IMG/VR virus record: IMGVR_UViG_3300027736_000041
Location: 1 to 64,000 of that record
DNA from: a virus
Strand: one strand, 5' to 3'
Length of the DNA stretch: 64,000 bases
The stretch's first letter is position 1, and each line of letters begins with the position of its first letter. The notes beneath the pieces are model-generated. The model was not told the origin of the DNA. It was given only the letters and a program-made list of their open reading frames with translations, and searched no databases. Shown piece after piece: positions 27,846-37,702 of this stretch. The position numbers and the translations under genes were made by a program.

Positions 27846-28354
27846 TGGCATTTAGAGCAGATGTCCCGGTGCTGCTGGCGTCAACCACGTTGGGGAGTGC
27901 GTCGGCGAGTGTGACGTTTTCTGGTTTTAGTTCCGCCTATAAGCACCTTATGATTCTTTTCATGGCACGAAGTTCGGCAACTGCTGGCGCTTACGATACG
28001 CTGGCATATCAATTCAACGGCGACACTGCTGCGAATTATCGGAGTATCGCGAATACAACGGCTACAACTCACGCAAGTGTAGCGATTATTCCCAATACAA
28101 CTACGTTTTTTCCAACTCAACCCGGCATCGGGCGAACGATTATTTTCTACTACAATGACACTTCATCTGGTTGGCAAAAGCGAACTCTTACCGATACGGA
28201 CTCAGATATTGGCACAAGTGCAACAAGCCCATTCACGACCGTGTGGGGCGGTACATGGACCACTGTCAATACTGCCATTACAAGCGTTCTAATGAAAACA
28301 TCGAACGGCAATTTCGTAGCAGGAAGCCGCTTTGACTTGTACGGAATACCCTAA
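27845..28354 (+). CDS. small fibre-associated protein (paralog of 36685..37185)
   Basis: TAATG coupling; LLASTTLGSASASVTFS...FNGD...TAITS...G..F.LYG.P. Confidence 0.8.
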   Translation: MAFRADVPVLLASTTLGSASASVTFSGFSSAYKHLMILFMARSSATAGAYDTLAYQFNGDTAANYRSIANTTATTHASVAIIPNTTTFFPTQPGIGRTIIFYYNDTSSGWQKRTLTDTDSDIGTSATSPFTTVWGGTWTTVNTAITSVLMKTSNGNFVAGSRFDLYGIP

Positions 28355-28446
28355 TGAATACTGAACCACCCATCGCCATAGAGTTGAACTGCGAAACCGG
28401 CATCGAAACAAGTATAAAAAGGAATGATAAATGGCCAAGCATGTAA
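28354..28446 (+). pseudogene. truncated remnant of an 'EVNCETGE' protein
   Basis: MNTEPPIAIELNCETGIETS matches the MSNTE...PIKIEVNCETGEEI segments of 37193..37660 but ends after 30 codons. Confidence 0.6.
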
Positions 28447-31400
28447 TCCTTGAATCGTATTCGTTCACTCCAGCCACAAGAACGATTGTGGTTTATGGAA
28501 AGTGGATTCGGCGCGAGCAATTGTTGCTTATCACGAACGTGACAAAAAACACGGTCATTTACAATTTCAGCGATCCGTCGCTTGGGGTATCGGCATATAC
28601 GACTGGAATAAGTCAGCAAAGTCCGACAACTCAGCAGAATGAGATCACGACCGTCGTTGTGTCCTATGACACGACCAGTCATTCCGCTACAGACAAGTTA
28701 GCCATTCTTGTTGAAGAGACGTATGAATCTATTCTTCCCGCCGAAACAATGATGGACCCTGTGGGAAAAATGCGGACATCCATTCCGCAAAGTCTTATTG
28801 ATACTGACTTTGAATACGGACAGCAACCGACAAAGTGGGAACATCTGGCACTAGTGAATAACAGGCCGACATGTTTTTATGATCCATCGAGCAGTGCCGC
28901 ACAGTGGACTTACAACGTTGGTGTTGCTTCGCAAAGCACAACCACCGTTACTGGAACGGGCACTACATGGCATGGAGGTTTGATAGGAAGCAGGTTCACG
29001 TATCTTGATGGTACTGATGTGGGAACCATCACCGCGGTGGCAAGTGCCACATCATTGACGGTCTCCACATCTGCCACCGTTCCCTCACAGAGTTACACCA
29101 TTTTTGGATTTCCGTACAAGGGCGGCAGCACAAGTCCTTCACCAGTTGCTGATCCTTCGATCATGTTCAAGGATACAACAACCGACGCAACTGGATACAC
29201 AATTTCATTACTGCTGAATACAGGCGCATTTGGATTGTATGTTGGTCAGCCAATCTATGTCAGCAATTCCCTTGATCAAGCAAACGTTGACGGATGGTGG
29301 GTTGTGGATGCCATTGTGCCTCAGGCGTCCTATGCGGCCGCTGGTGCTAACGTCAATGATATCGTCAGGTTCAAAACCATCAATATTACATCAGCCACAA
29401 ACTTATTTGATCCTACAAAGACTATTGTGTATCCGGGATATTGGTACACGGGAGCTAATATTCCTGTGACATCAATCGCGTGTGCGTCAAATATCATCAC
29501 TGTTACCACTCCGTCGGCTCACGGACTGTCCGTTGGAGAGCAGGTACACATCAACAATACGGCTACGGCTGCATGCAATGGATCGTGGGCAATCACGACA
29601 ACGCCGACAAATACCACGTTTACGATTACCACTCCTGCAGGTGGTTCTCCGGGAACACTTACTCTTAACGGTGGAGTAAATGGAACATTATTCCCCAGAG
29701 CGCAGGGATATGTGATTCATCGTGCGTTTGACGGTGGTGTGCAATTTTCCAATCAGACTCCATATCACGGATTGCAAATGATCCGGCAAACCCGTCGGTA
29801 TTTCCGCTATCAAAGTGGAAAGGCCATTCAATTTTCTACTGGCTCAATTCTCAAGCCAGCTTTGACGGTAGATACAATTACCTCTTCGGGAACTACTGCG
29901 ACAATCACCACGAAATATCCGCACGGCATTACCTACTCTTCGGTAGGAACCAATGCCCAGATCAAAGTCATTGGAGCCTCTGACGTTGCTGGCGTTGCAT
30001 TTCCGGGAACCGCTTCACAGTCCGGAACAGTGATCACTGGCGTCAATACCTATTTCACTTCTGCGCTCACAGGACAGACATTTGTATTTTCAGATGGAAC
30101 TAACGCAGGCGTGATCACTTACGTCAGTGCAACTTCGTTAAATGTCACTGTTTCCCAAACTGTATCATCTCAAAAATATTATGTTCAATCAACTGCCTAC
30201 AATGGAATTTTTACCATTGCCAGTGTTCCATCACTATATACAATCACCTACACGATGTCATCCACTCCAACAAACAGCACGACGACAGCGTTCCCTATTG
30301 ATGGATACCCTTCTGGAATTCAAGTATCCCCTTGGGCATGGTATGGAGGCAAAAACCGTGTTGGAATGTTTGATCAACAAAACGGGTTCTTTTTTGAATA
30401 TGACGGACAAAATGTTTATGCCGTTCGACGAAGCAGCACTATGCAAATACCGGGAACATTTACGGTTACGAATGGTTCCCAATCAGTTGTGGCTTCGTCA
30501 GCAGTTGGATCAATCTCCAGTCACTTGAAACCCGGAGATACCGTAGCGATCCGTGGCGGATCATATACCGTAGGCTCGATTACTTCTGCTACACAAATGT
30601 ACATTTACCCAGAGTACCGTGGTGCTACTCCAGTGAACGCATCATATGTGGCACAAGCACAATCCAACGTTATTGTCAGCAAGACCGTTGACATCCGTAT
30701 TCCTCAAAGCGCTTGGAATATTGACAAGTGTGACGGAACAGGACATTCCGGATTCAACGTTGACCTGACAAAAATGCAAATGTTTTATATTGATTATGCG
30801 TGGTATGGGGCAGGAGCAATCCGCTGGGGGTTCAAAAATAACCGCGGAGAAGTTATTTATTGTCATAGAATGAACAACAACAACATCAATACCGAAGCAT
30901 ACATGAGATCCGGCAACATGTGTGCGAGGTATGAGACCAACACATTGGCTCCGACCACATGGGTGACCAACTGGAATTTAATTGCGGCAAGCACCGGTAC
31001 GATTTACGTTGCTGACGCCACGCAGTTTCCTCCGGCCGGAACACTTGTGGTCACAGCCGCTGGTGGACAAACGGGACAGTTGATCGAGTACATGAACTAC
31101 AGTTCCAGAACAGACTCGACATTCACGATCAGTGCCCGTGGACAGACTGGAGGCGGTGCGGCCGCAACGTTTTCTCCGACAACAACTGCGCCGGTGTCTG
31201 TTTCGTTATATCTGCCTTCTGTCGCCTCGACACTATCTCACTGGGGATCATCGATCATCATGGACGGCAGATACGACGACGACAAGTCGCTTATTTTCTC
31301 GGCCGGAATGAATGTCCCGACAGCGGCGTTGACGGCACGGCAGCAGTATCCATTGATTTCCATCCGCTCTGCGCCAAGTGTTGATAGTGGATTGACGGGA

Positions 31401-32051
31401 TCAATGGGCGCAAGGGAAATTGTCAATAGAATGCAGTTGGTTTTGCGCCAGATGGATGCATTCACTTCGGGAAACAGTTTCGCGGTTGACTTGTGGCTGA
31501 ACGCATCCATTGCGAGTGGCTACTACTACAATGCAACTGGGACTACCGCAAACAGCACGACACTCAATTTGACCGGAACTCTTGTCGGCACCGCCCCTGT
31601 TGCTGGTTCGTATGTGTGGGGACCGGGATTGCTTCCGGGATCGTTCTTCACGGTGTATTCCAATACAACAACAAATACGCTTAGCATTGCTGCTACAGCG
31701 ACAAAAGGCGGAACGTACTGGATCGGCAACAACCAGTTTCAGGCGGTTGGTGGTTCCTCGCTTTCTCAGCGAGTTCTTCATCCACTTACCGACCGGCTTA
31801 TTCCGGGCACTGGAGAGAAAATTTTCACGTTCTTCACTAATTCTTCTGGCGTAACTCAGCAAGATTTGTCGCAGGTTCGTGACATGGCTACTTCCATCGT
31901 AGGTGGTGCCTCCAATGCATACCTTACGCCGGGATATGCCAACAAATATCCGGATGGCCCAGACATCATCACCATGGTTGCAACACCAATCGGTACGGTG
32001 TCCAGTGCCACGATCATTGCGCGTCTGAGTTGGTCAGAAGCACAGGCGTAA
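28431..32051 (+). CDS. large virion structural protein
   Basis: LLLITNVTKNTVIYNFSDP...DPVGKMRTSIPQSLIDTDFEYGQQPTKWE...RQTRRYFRYQSGK...WYGAG resembles T4-like cyanophage/freshwater-phage structural proteins (from memory). Confidence 0.8.
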   Translation: MAKHVILESYSFTPATRTIVVYGKWIRREQLLLITNVTKNTVIYNFSDPSLGVSAYTTGISQQSPTTQQNEITTVVVSYDTTSHSATDKLAILVEETYESILPAETMMDPVGKMRTSIPQSLIDTDFEYGQQPTKWEHLALVNNRPTCFYDPSSSAAQWTYNVGVASQSTTTVTGTGTTWHGGLIGSRFTYLDGTDVGTITAVASATSLTVSTSATVPSQSYTIFGFPYKGGSTSPSPVADPSIMFKDTTTDATGYTISLLLNTGAFGLYVGQPIYVSNSLDQANVDGWWVVDAIVPQASYAAAGANVNDIVRFKTINITSATNLFDPTKTIVYPGYWYTGANIPVTSIACASNIITVTTPSAHGLSVGEQVHINNTATAACNGSWAITTTPTNTTFTITTPAGGSPGTLTLNGGVNGTLFPRAQGYVIHRAFDGGVQFSNQTPYHGLQMIRQTRRYFRYQSGKAIQFSTGSILKPALTVDTITSSGTTATITTKYPHGITYSSVGTNAQIKVIGASDVAGVAFPGTASQSGTVITGVNTYFTSALTGQTFVFSDGTNAGVITYVSATSLNVTVSQTVSSQKYYVQSTAYNGIFTIASVPSLYTITYTMSSTPTNSTTTAFPIDGYPSGIQVSPWAWYGGKNRVGMFDQQNGFFFEYDGQNVYAVRRSSTMQIPGTFTVTNGSQSVVASSAVGSISSHLKPGDTVAIRGGSYTVGSITSATQMYIYPEYRGATPVNASYVAQAQSNVIVSKTVDIRIPQSAWNIDKCDGTGHSGFNVDLTKMQMFYIDYAWYGAGAIRWGFKNNRGEVIYCHRMNNNNINTEAYMRSGNMCARYETNTLAPTTWVTNWNLIAASTGTIYVADATQFPPAGTLVVTAAGGQTGQLIEYMNYSSRTDSTFTISARGQTGGGAAATFSPTTTAPVSVSLYLPSVASTLSHWGSSIIMDGRYDDDKSLIFSAGMNVPTAALTARQQYPLISIRSAPSVDSGLTGSMGAREIVNRMQLVLRQMDAFTSGNSFAVDLWLNASIASGYYYNATGTTANSTTLNLTGTLVGTAPVAGSYVWGPGLLPGSFFTVYSNTTTNTLSIAATATKGGTYWIGNNQFQAVGGSSLSQRVLHPLTDRLIPGTGEKIFTFFTNSSGVTQQDLSQVRDMATSIVGGASNAYLTPGYANKYPDGPDIITMVATPIGTVSSATIIARLSWSEAQA

Positions 32052-32117
32052 AATCATCAAACCAATTTTTATGATAAACAGAAGTGTATAATGGGTACAT
32101 AAGCACAGGAGACGAAA

Positions 32118-32474
32118 ATGCCGCAAAGTTATAAAAGATTGAACTCGATCATTTCCAATGCATCGCTTTCAACGCCACTGAATTTATATACCTGCACCAC
32201 AACTTCTGCCGTGGTTAGCACCATCTCTATTTGCAATACGTCAGCATCTGTCGTGACGTATCGCATTTGCGTGACAACGGCTGCCGCTTCGGCTACCGGC
32301 ACAACGTTTCCTGCTGACATCAATGGATACATCGTCTATGACGGAACGATACTAGGCAACGACACATCGTTCGTCACGGTGGGATTGACGCTTGATGCTA
32401 CCAACAAATATCTTCTTGCTTCTTCTAGCGCCGCTTCCTTGGCGATCAGCGCATTTGGAGTGGAGATTTCCTAA
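32118..32474 (+). CDS. small virion protein
   Basis: AGGAG RBS; LYT...AVVSTISICN...TYRI...SAFGVEIS. Confidence 0.75.
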   Translation: MPQSYKRLNSIISNASLSTPLNLYTCTTTSAVVSTISICNTSASVVTYRICVTTAAASATGTTFPADINGYIVYDGTILGNDTSFVTVGLTLDATNKYLLASSSAASLAISAFGVEIS

Positions 32475-35400
32475 TGGCAATCAAGAGCCTCAAGGGATTG
32501 GGATCGAAGCCTAGTGCCGTGGCAGACACTGGCACAGCCCTGACCGTTTCAACGCCGCTGACCGCATCCTCAGGAGCAACCATCACTGGAAGTGCCTTGA
32601 CTGCTTCAAACGGATTCATAGTCGCTGGCGGGGCAAACATCGCGGGAGGATTGACCGTTACGAGTGGGTCGCTGTCTGCTCCCGGAGGATTGTCTACGAC
32701 CGCATTGTCTACGCCGACGCTATATCCATCTGGATTAACAGGTGCCGTTGCAGCATCGAGGTGGGTGGGAGGAACCGTTTCAGGTGCCCCTACCAGTGGC
32801 ACATTTGCCGTTGGAGACTATGTAGTAAGTCAAAATGGCTCATTCTATGTCTGTCAGGTAGCAGGCACTCCGGGAACATGGCAGCAAGCGGGAGGATCAA
32901 CGTTTGCGGGACCACTCGTGGTTGGAACTGGAAGAACACAATCCATACAAACAGCAGCAGATATTCAAGGACAATTGAGAGCCTCACAATACATCATTGG
33001 GAACCCAGTTTCAGGATCGTCCATTACATATGGGGCGGTCACGAGTAATAATCTTCTTCCTCCGCCGACTTTCCATGGAGGAACCGGAGTGTTGACCTCT
33101 GTAGGGACGGCAGCAACGGGGAATGGTGCTAACAGTGTTGCGACTGATCCCACTGGCAGGTTTGCTTTTGTCGCGAATAGTAATGGCAATACCGTTCAAG
33201 CCTATACCGTCAATCAATCTACCGGAGCATTGACCTCAGTAGGTGCGGTAGCAACGGGTACATATCCTCAGGGTAATGCGGTGGACCCCACCGGCAGATT
33301 CCTTTTTGTAACAAATTTTAACGGCAATACAGTACAGACCTATACCATCAATCAATCGACCGGAGCATTGACCTCAGTAGGCACGGCAGCAACGGGCACC
33401 AATCCTTATAATGTTGCAGTTGATCCAACTGGCAGGTTTGTATTTGTCCCGAATTTTAATGGCGCCACCGTGCAAGCCTATACCATCAATCAATCCACCG
33501 GAGCATTGACCTCGGTGGGGACAGCAGCAACGGGAACACAGCCTAGAGGTGTCGCGGTTGATCCCACCAGCAGGTTTCTTTTTGTGACAAATGCTTTTAA
33601 TGGAGCCGGAGGGAACACAGTACAGACCTATACCATAAATCAATCCACCGGAGCATTGACCTCGGTGGGGACAACAGCAACAGGGGCACTTCCTGTTAAT
33701 GTTGCGGTTGATCCCACTGGCAGATTTGTTTTTGTGACAAATTATAGTGGAAGTACCGTGCAAGCCTATACCATTGATCAATCTACCGGAATATTGACTT
33801 CCGTAGGTGCTTTATCAACGGGAGCAAATCCCACGAGTGTTGCGGTTGATCCAACCGGTAGGTTTGCTTTTGTTGTGAATAGTACTGACGGTACCGGTAT
33901 GATTTATACTATTAATCAATTCACTGGAGCATTAATTTTTATAGGTTCGGTTACAACAGGATCAAGCCCTAATTATGTTGCGGTTGATCCAACTGGTAGA
34001 TTTGTTTTTGTGTCAAATTATAGTAGCACCACCGTGCAGGCCTTCCGAATTAATAATTTCGCCGCAAATAGTGGAACATTTCAGGATCAATTGACCATTG
34101 GAACAGGAAACATTGTTTCTACTCTCGCCCCAAGTGCAGTGTATGTAAGCGGACAACTCCGCGCTCCACAGCACATCATCGGCAATCCTGTCTCAGGATC
34201 GTCCATTACGTATGGGGCGGCCACGAGTAATAATCTTCTTCCTCCGCCGACTTTTCACGGTGGAACCGGAGTGTTGACTTCGGTAGGTGCGGTCGCAACG
34301 GCGTATGGTTTGGGTGTTGCGATTGACCCAACTGGCAGATTTGCTTTTGTGACAAATACTAGTGGCGATACAGTACAGGCATATACCATTAATCAATCTA
34401 CCGGAGCATTGACCTCGGTAGGCACGGCAGCAACGGGGACAAATCCTAGAGGAGTTGCCGCTGACCCCACTGGCAGGTTTGCTTTTGTTACGAGTTATAG
34501 TAACACGGTGCAGGCCTATACCATCAATCAATCTACCGGAGCATTGACCTCGGTCGGAGCGGTAGCAACGGGGTCTGGTCCTCAAGGAGTTGCGATTGAC
34601 TCCACTGGCAGGTTTGCTTTTGTGACGAGTCAATCTGGCGATACAGTACAGGCATATACCATTAATCAATCTACCGGAGCATTAACCTCGGTAGGCACAG
34701 CAGCAACGGGATCAATGCCTTATGGTGTTGCGGTTGACCCGACTGGCAGGTTTGCTTTTGTGACGAATAATAATGCCTCTACGGTACAAGCCTATGCCAT
34801 TAATCAATCCACCGGAGCATTGACATCGGTAGGAGCGGTAGCAACGGGGACAAATCCCTTGGGTGTTGCGGTTGACCCAACTGGCAGGTTTGCTTTTGTG
34901 GCAAATTTTGGTGTCTCTACGGTACAAGCCTATACCATTAATCAATCGACTGGAGCATTAACCTCGGTCGGAACGGCAGCAACGGGAACATATCCTCGGG
35001 GTGTTGCGGTTGACCCAACTGGCAGATTTGTTTTTGTGACAAATAATAGTAGCGCTACGGTACAAACCTATACCATTAATCAATCCACCGGAGCATTGAC
35101 CTCGGTCGGAGCGGTAGCAACGGGATCAGGCCCTGAAATAATTGCGGTTGATCCGACTGGGAGATTTGTTTTTCTCACGAATTATGGTAGCACCACGGTA
35201 CAAGCCTATCGTATCAATAATTTTGCGGCAAATAGTGGAACATTTCAGGATCAGTTAATCATTGGATCTGGAAGAAGTTCGTCTGTTCAAGCATCGCTAG
35301 ATGTTAGCGGACAACTACGCGCTCCACAATACATCATCGGGAACCCAGTTTCAGGATCTTCTATTACATATGGGGCGTCCACGAGCAACAATCTTCTTCC

Positions 35401-36685
35401 TCCGCCAACTTTCCATGGAGGAACAGGGTCATTGACCTCGGTAGGCACGGCAGCAACGGGGACAAATCCTCAATTTGTTGCGGTTGACCCAACTGGCAGG
35501 TTTGCTTTTGTGACGAATAATGGTACCACCACCATACAGTCCTATACCATCGATCAAACCACCGGAGCATTGACCTCGGTAGGCACGACAGCAACGGGGT
35601 CAAGTCCTTATGCTGTTGCGGTTGATCCAACTGGCAGGTTTGCTTTTGTGGTGAATAATGGTACCACCACCATACAGGCATATACCATCAATCAATCCAC
35701 CGGAGCATTGACCTCAGTAGGTGCGGTAGCAACGGGGACAAACCCTCAATTTGTTGCGGTTGACCCTACCGGAAGATTTGCTTTTGTGACGAATTTTAAT
35801 GCCACCACGGTACAAGCCTATACCATCAATCAATCTACCGGAGCATTGATCTCGGTAGGTACGGCAGCAACCGGCAGTGGACCCACTGGTGTTGCGGTTG
35901 ACCCAACTGGCAGATTTGTTTTTGTGACGAATTATACTAGCACTACGGTACAAGCCTATACCATTAATCAATCCACCGGAGCATTGACCTCGGTAGGGGC
36001 GGTAGCAACGGGAACAACTCCTTATGCTGTTGCGGTTGATCCAACTGGCAGATTTGTTGTTGTTGCGAATTATGGTAGCACTACGGTGCAAGCCTATACC
36101 ATTAATCAATCTACTGGAGCATTGACCTCGGTAGGCACGGCAGCAACGGGGAACAATCCTCAGGGTGTTGCGGTTGATCCAACTGGCAGATTTGTTTTTG
36201 TGACGAATAGTGCTAGCACCACCGTTCAAGCCTATACCATCAATCAATCTACCGGAGCATTGACCTCGGTAGGCACGGCAGCAACTGGGTCAAATCCGTC
36301 TGCTGTTGCGGTTGATCCTACTGGCAAGTTTGTTTTTGTGTCAAATTATGGCAGCACCACCGTGCAGGCCTTCCGAATTAATAATTTTGCCGCGACCGGA
36401 ACACTCTTCTCTCAGGTCACCTCGATCACTGCCGCAACGACACTCGACTCCACACACGGAGTTGTCCTTTGCGGAGGAACCACATCCTATCAGGTCACCC
36501 TTCCCACCGCCGTAGGAATTACTGGGCGGCAATATCAAATAAAGAAGAACAGCACTTCTGCCTATACCTTGACTATCGGCACCACTTCCTCACAGACTAT
36601 TGATGGAGTGACCTCACTCGTATTGACAACGCAGTATAATAATATTGTAGTTATTTCTGATGGCGCAAATTGGAGTATTTTGTAA
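32474..36685 (+). CDS. second giant fibre/adhesin with three 7-bladed beta-propellers
   Basis: 21 blades of the same repeat, with the same linkers and C-terminal domain as 22548..27845. Confidence 0.88.
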   Translation: MAIKSLKGLGSKPSAVADTGTALTVSTPLTASSGATITGSALTASNGFIVAGGANIAGGLTVTSGSLSAPGGLSTTALSTPTLYPSGLTGAVAASRWVGGTVSGAPTSGTFAVGDYVVSQNGSFYVCQVAGTPGTWQQAGGSTFAGPLVVGTGRTQSIQTAADIQGQLRASQYIIGNPVSGSSITYGAVTSNNLLPPPTFHGGTGVLTSVGTAATGNGANSVATDPTGRFAFVANSNGNTVQAYTVNQSTGALTSVGAVATGTYPQGNAVDPTGRFLFVTNFNGNTVQTYTINQSTGALTSVGTAATGTNPYNVAVDPTGRFVFVPNFNGATVQAYTINQSTGALTSVGTAATGTQPRGVAVDPTSRFLFVTNAFNGAGGNTVQTYTINQSTGALTSVGTTATGALPVNVAVDPTGRFVFVTNYSGSTVQAYTIDQSTGILTSVGALSTGANPTSVAVDPTGRFAFVVNSTDGTGMIYTINQFTGALIFIGSVTTGSSPNYVAVDPTGRFVFVSNYSSTTVQAFRINNFAANSGTFQDQLTIGTGNIVSTLAPSAVYVSGQLRAPQHIIGNPVSGSSITYGAATSNNLLPPPTFHGGTGVLTSVGAVATAYGLGVAIDPTGRFAFVTNTSGDTVQAYTINQSTGALTSVGTAATGTNPRGVAADPTGRFAFVTSYSNTVQAYTINQSTGALTSVGAVATGSGPQGVAIDSTGRFAFVTSQSGDTVQAYTINQSTGALTSVGTAATGSMPYGVAVDPTGRFAFVTNNNASTVQAYAINQSTGALTSVGAVATGTNPLGVAVDPTGRFAFVANFGVSTVQAYTINQSTGALTSVGTAATGTYPRGVAVDPTGRFVFVTNNSSATVQTYTINQSTGALTSVGAVATGSGPEIIAVDPTGRFVFLTNYGSTTVQAYRINNFAANSGTFQDQLIIGSGRSSSVQASLDVSGQLRAPQYIIGNPVSGSSITYGASTSNNLLPPPTFHGGTGSLTSVGTAATGTNPQFVAVDPTGRFAFVTNNGTTTIQSYTIDQTTGALTSVGTTATGSSPYAVAVDPTGRFAFVVNNGTTTIQAYTINQSTGALTSVGAVATGTNPQFVAVDPTGRFAFVTNFNATTVQAYTINQSTGALISVGTAATGSGPTGVAVDPTGRFVFVTNYTSTTVQAYTINQSTGALTSVGAVATGTTPYAVAVDPTGRFVVVANYGSTTVQAYTINQSTGALTSVGTAATGNNPQGVAVDPTGRFVFVTNSASTTVQAYTINQSTGALTSVGTAATGSNPSAVAVDPTGKFVFVSNYGSTTVQAFRINNFAATGTLFSQVTSITAATTLDSTHGVVLCGGTTSYQVTLPTAVGITGRQYQIKKNSTSAYTLTIGTTSSQTIDGVTSLVLTTQYNNIVVISDGANWSIL
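33087..36385 (+). repeat. 138-bp coding tandem repeats (3 x 7)
   Basis: Same repeat unit as 23013..27480. Confidence 0.95.
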
Positions 36686-37185
36686 TGAGTTTTTTGACGG
36701 ATAGGCCATTTTTGCTCGGAACATCACTTCTGGCATCTGCTTCAGCCTCGGTGACTTTTTCTAATATTCCCGCCAGTATTAACAATTTGGTTTGTCACTA
36801 CACAGCTAAATCCACTGGAGGTCAGCCAACATACGATTTGTTGGGAATACGATTTAACGGATCATCGGCGGTTGCATACTATAGTACACAAGATGCCGGA
36901 TTAAATGCAGAAGGAAGAATCGCAATTATTCCTCCAAGTGGAATTTTTCCCACAGGTCAGCAAGGTGCTGGAACATTTCATATTTATGATATTCAGAATA
37001 CTGCTAGAGCCAAAGTTGCTTCAGCATTATATATTAATCAATATAGCACAACAGTGAGAAATTTAAACGCAGCGTTTTACGGTGCTGTGTGGGAAAATAC
37101 TGCAGCAATTACTTCTGTTACTTTTCTTGGAGTTATAGCAACTTTAGAAGCCGGAACTATATTTAAATTATATGGATATCCATAA
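36685..37185 (+). CDS. small fibre-associated protein (paralog of 27845..28354)
   Basis: TAATG coupling; LLGTSLLASASASVTFSNIP...RFNG...NTAAITSVT...FKLYGYP. Confidence 0.8.
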   Translation: MSFLTDRPFLLGTSLLASASASVTFSNIPASINNLVCHYTAKSTGGQPTYDLLGIRFNGSSAVAYYSTQDAGLNAEGRIAIIPPSGIFPTGQQGAGTFHIYDIQNTARAKVASALYINQYSTTVRNLNAAFYGAVWENTAAITSVTFLGVIATLEAGTIFKLYGYP

Positions 37186-37192
37186 GGAAAAA

Positions 37193-37660
37193 ATGATGAG
37201 TAATACTGAATCGCCAGAAGTCACAACACCCGAGATAGTTCCCTTGACTGCAGAGGAAATTGCCCAAGCAGTCTTGGCTGCACAGGAAGCCGAGAGGATT
37301 GCCAAGGAGGAGGCAGCAGTCTTGGCTGCACAGAAGAGAGCGGCGGCAATTTTGGCGGCAAAGAAAAAGGCATTGGCCGATGGCATCGCCGCAGGAAAGC
37401 CAATCAAGATCGAAGTCAATTGCGAAACCGGAGAGGAAATCGTAAGCCTTTTGACGAATGAGGAAGTGTCTGTTCGGGAAGTCGAAGTGGCACGGAATCT
37501 TGCGGAGCGTCAAGTCACCGAAGCAAAAAAGGCGCAAGAAGAAGAAGAAAGACAAGCCCTCCTCGCATGGATTTCTTCCCAGAACTCATTGCCACAAGCC
37601 GCCAAGAATGCCTTGGCTAGAGCAGCGGGAATTGATACAACCACATCATCTGCACCATAA
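37193..37660 (+). CDS. coiled-coil 'EVNCETGE' protein (possible fibre chaperone)
   Basis: AAGGA RBS; Ala/Glu-rich helices flanking IEVNCETGEEIVSLLT.EE. Confidence 0.75.
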   Translation: MMSNTESPEVTTPEIVPLTAEEIAQAVLAAQEAERIAKEEAAVLAAQKRAAAILAAKKKALADGIAAGKPIKIEVNCETGEEIVSLLTNEEVSVREVEVARNLAERQVTEAKKAQEEEERQALLAWISSQNSLPQAAKNALARAAGIDTTTSSAP

Positions 37661-37702
37661 AATGATAGAATACAAAAGTATTTGTTTGAGATAGGAATAA
37701 AC

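Noticed and set aside
23013-36385. CRISPR array (constant blocks alternating with variable segments)
   Set aside because: The period is 138 bp, in frame within long ORFs; variable parts are only a few codons; no cas genes.
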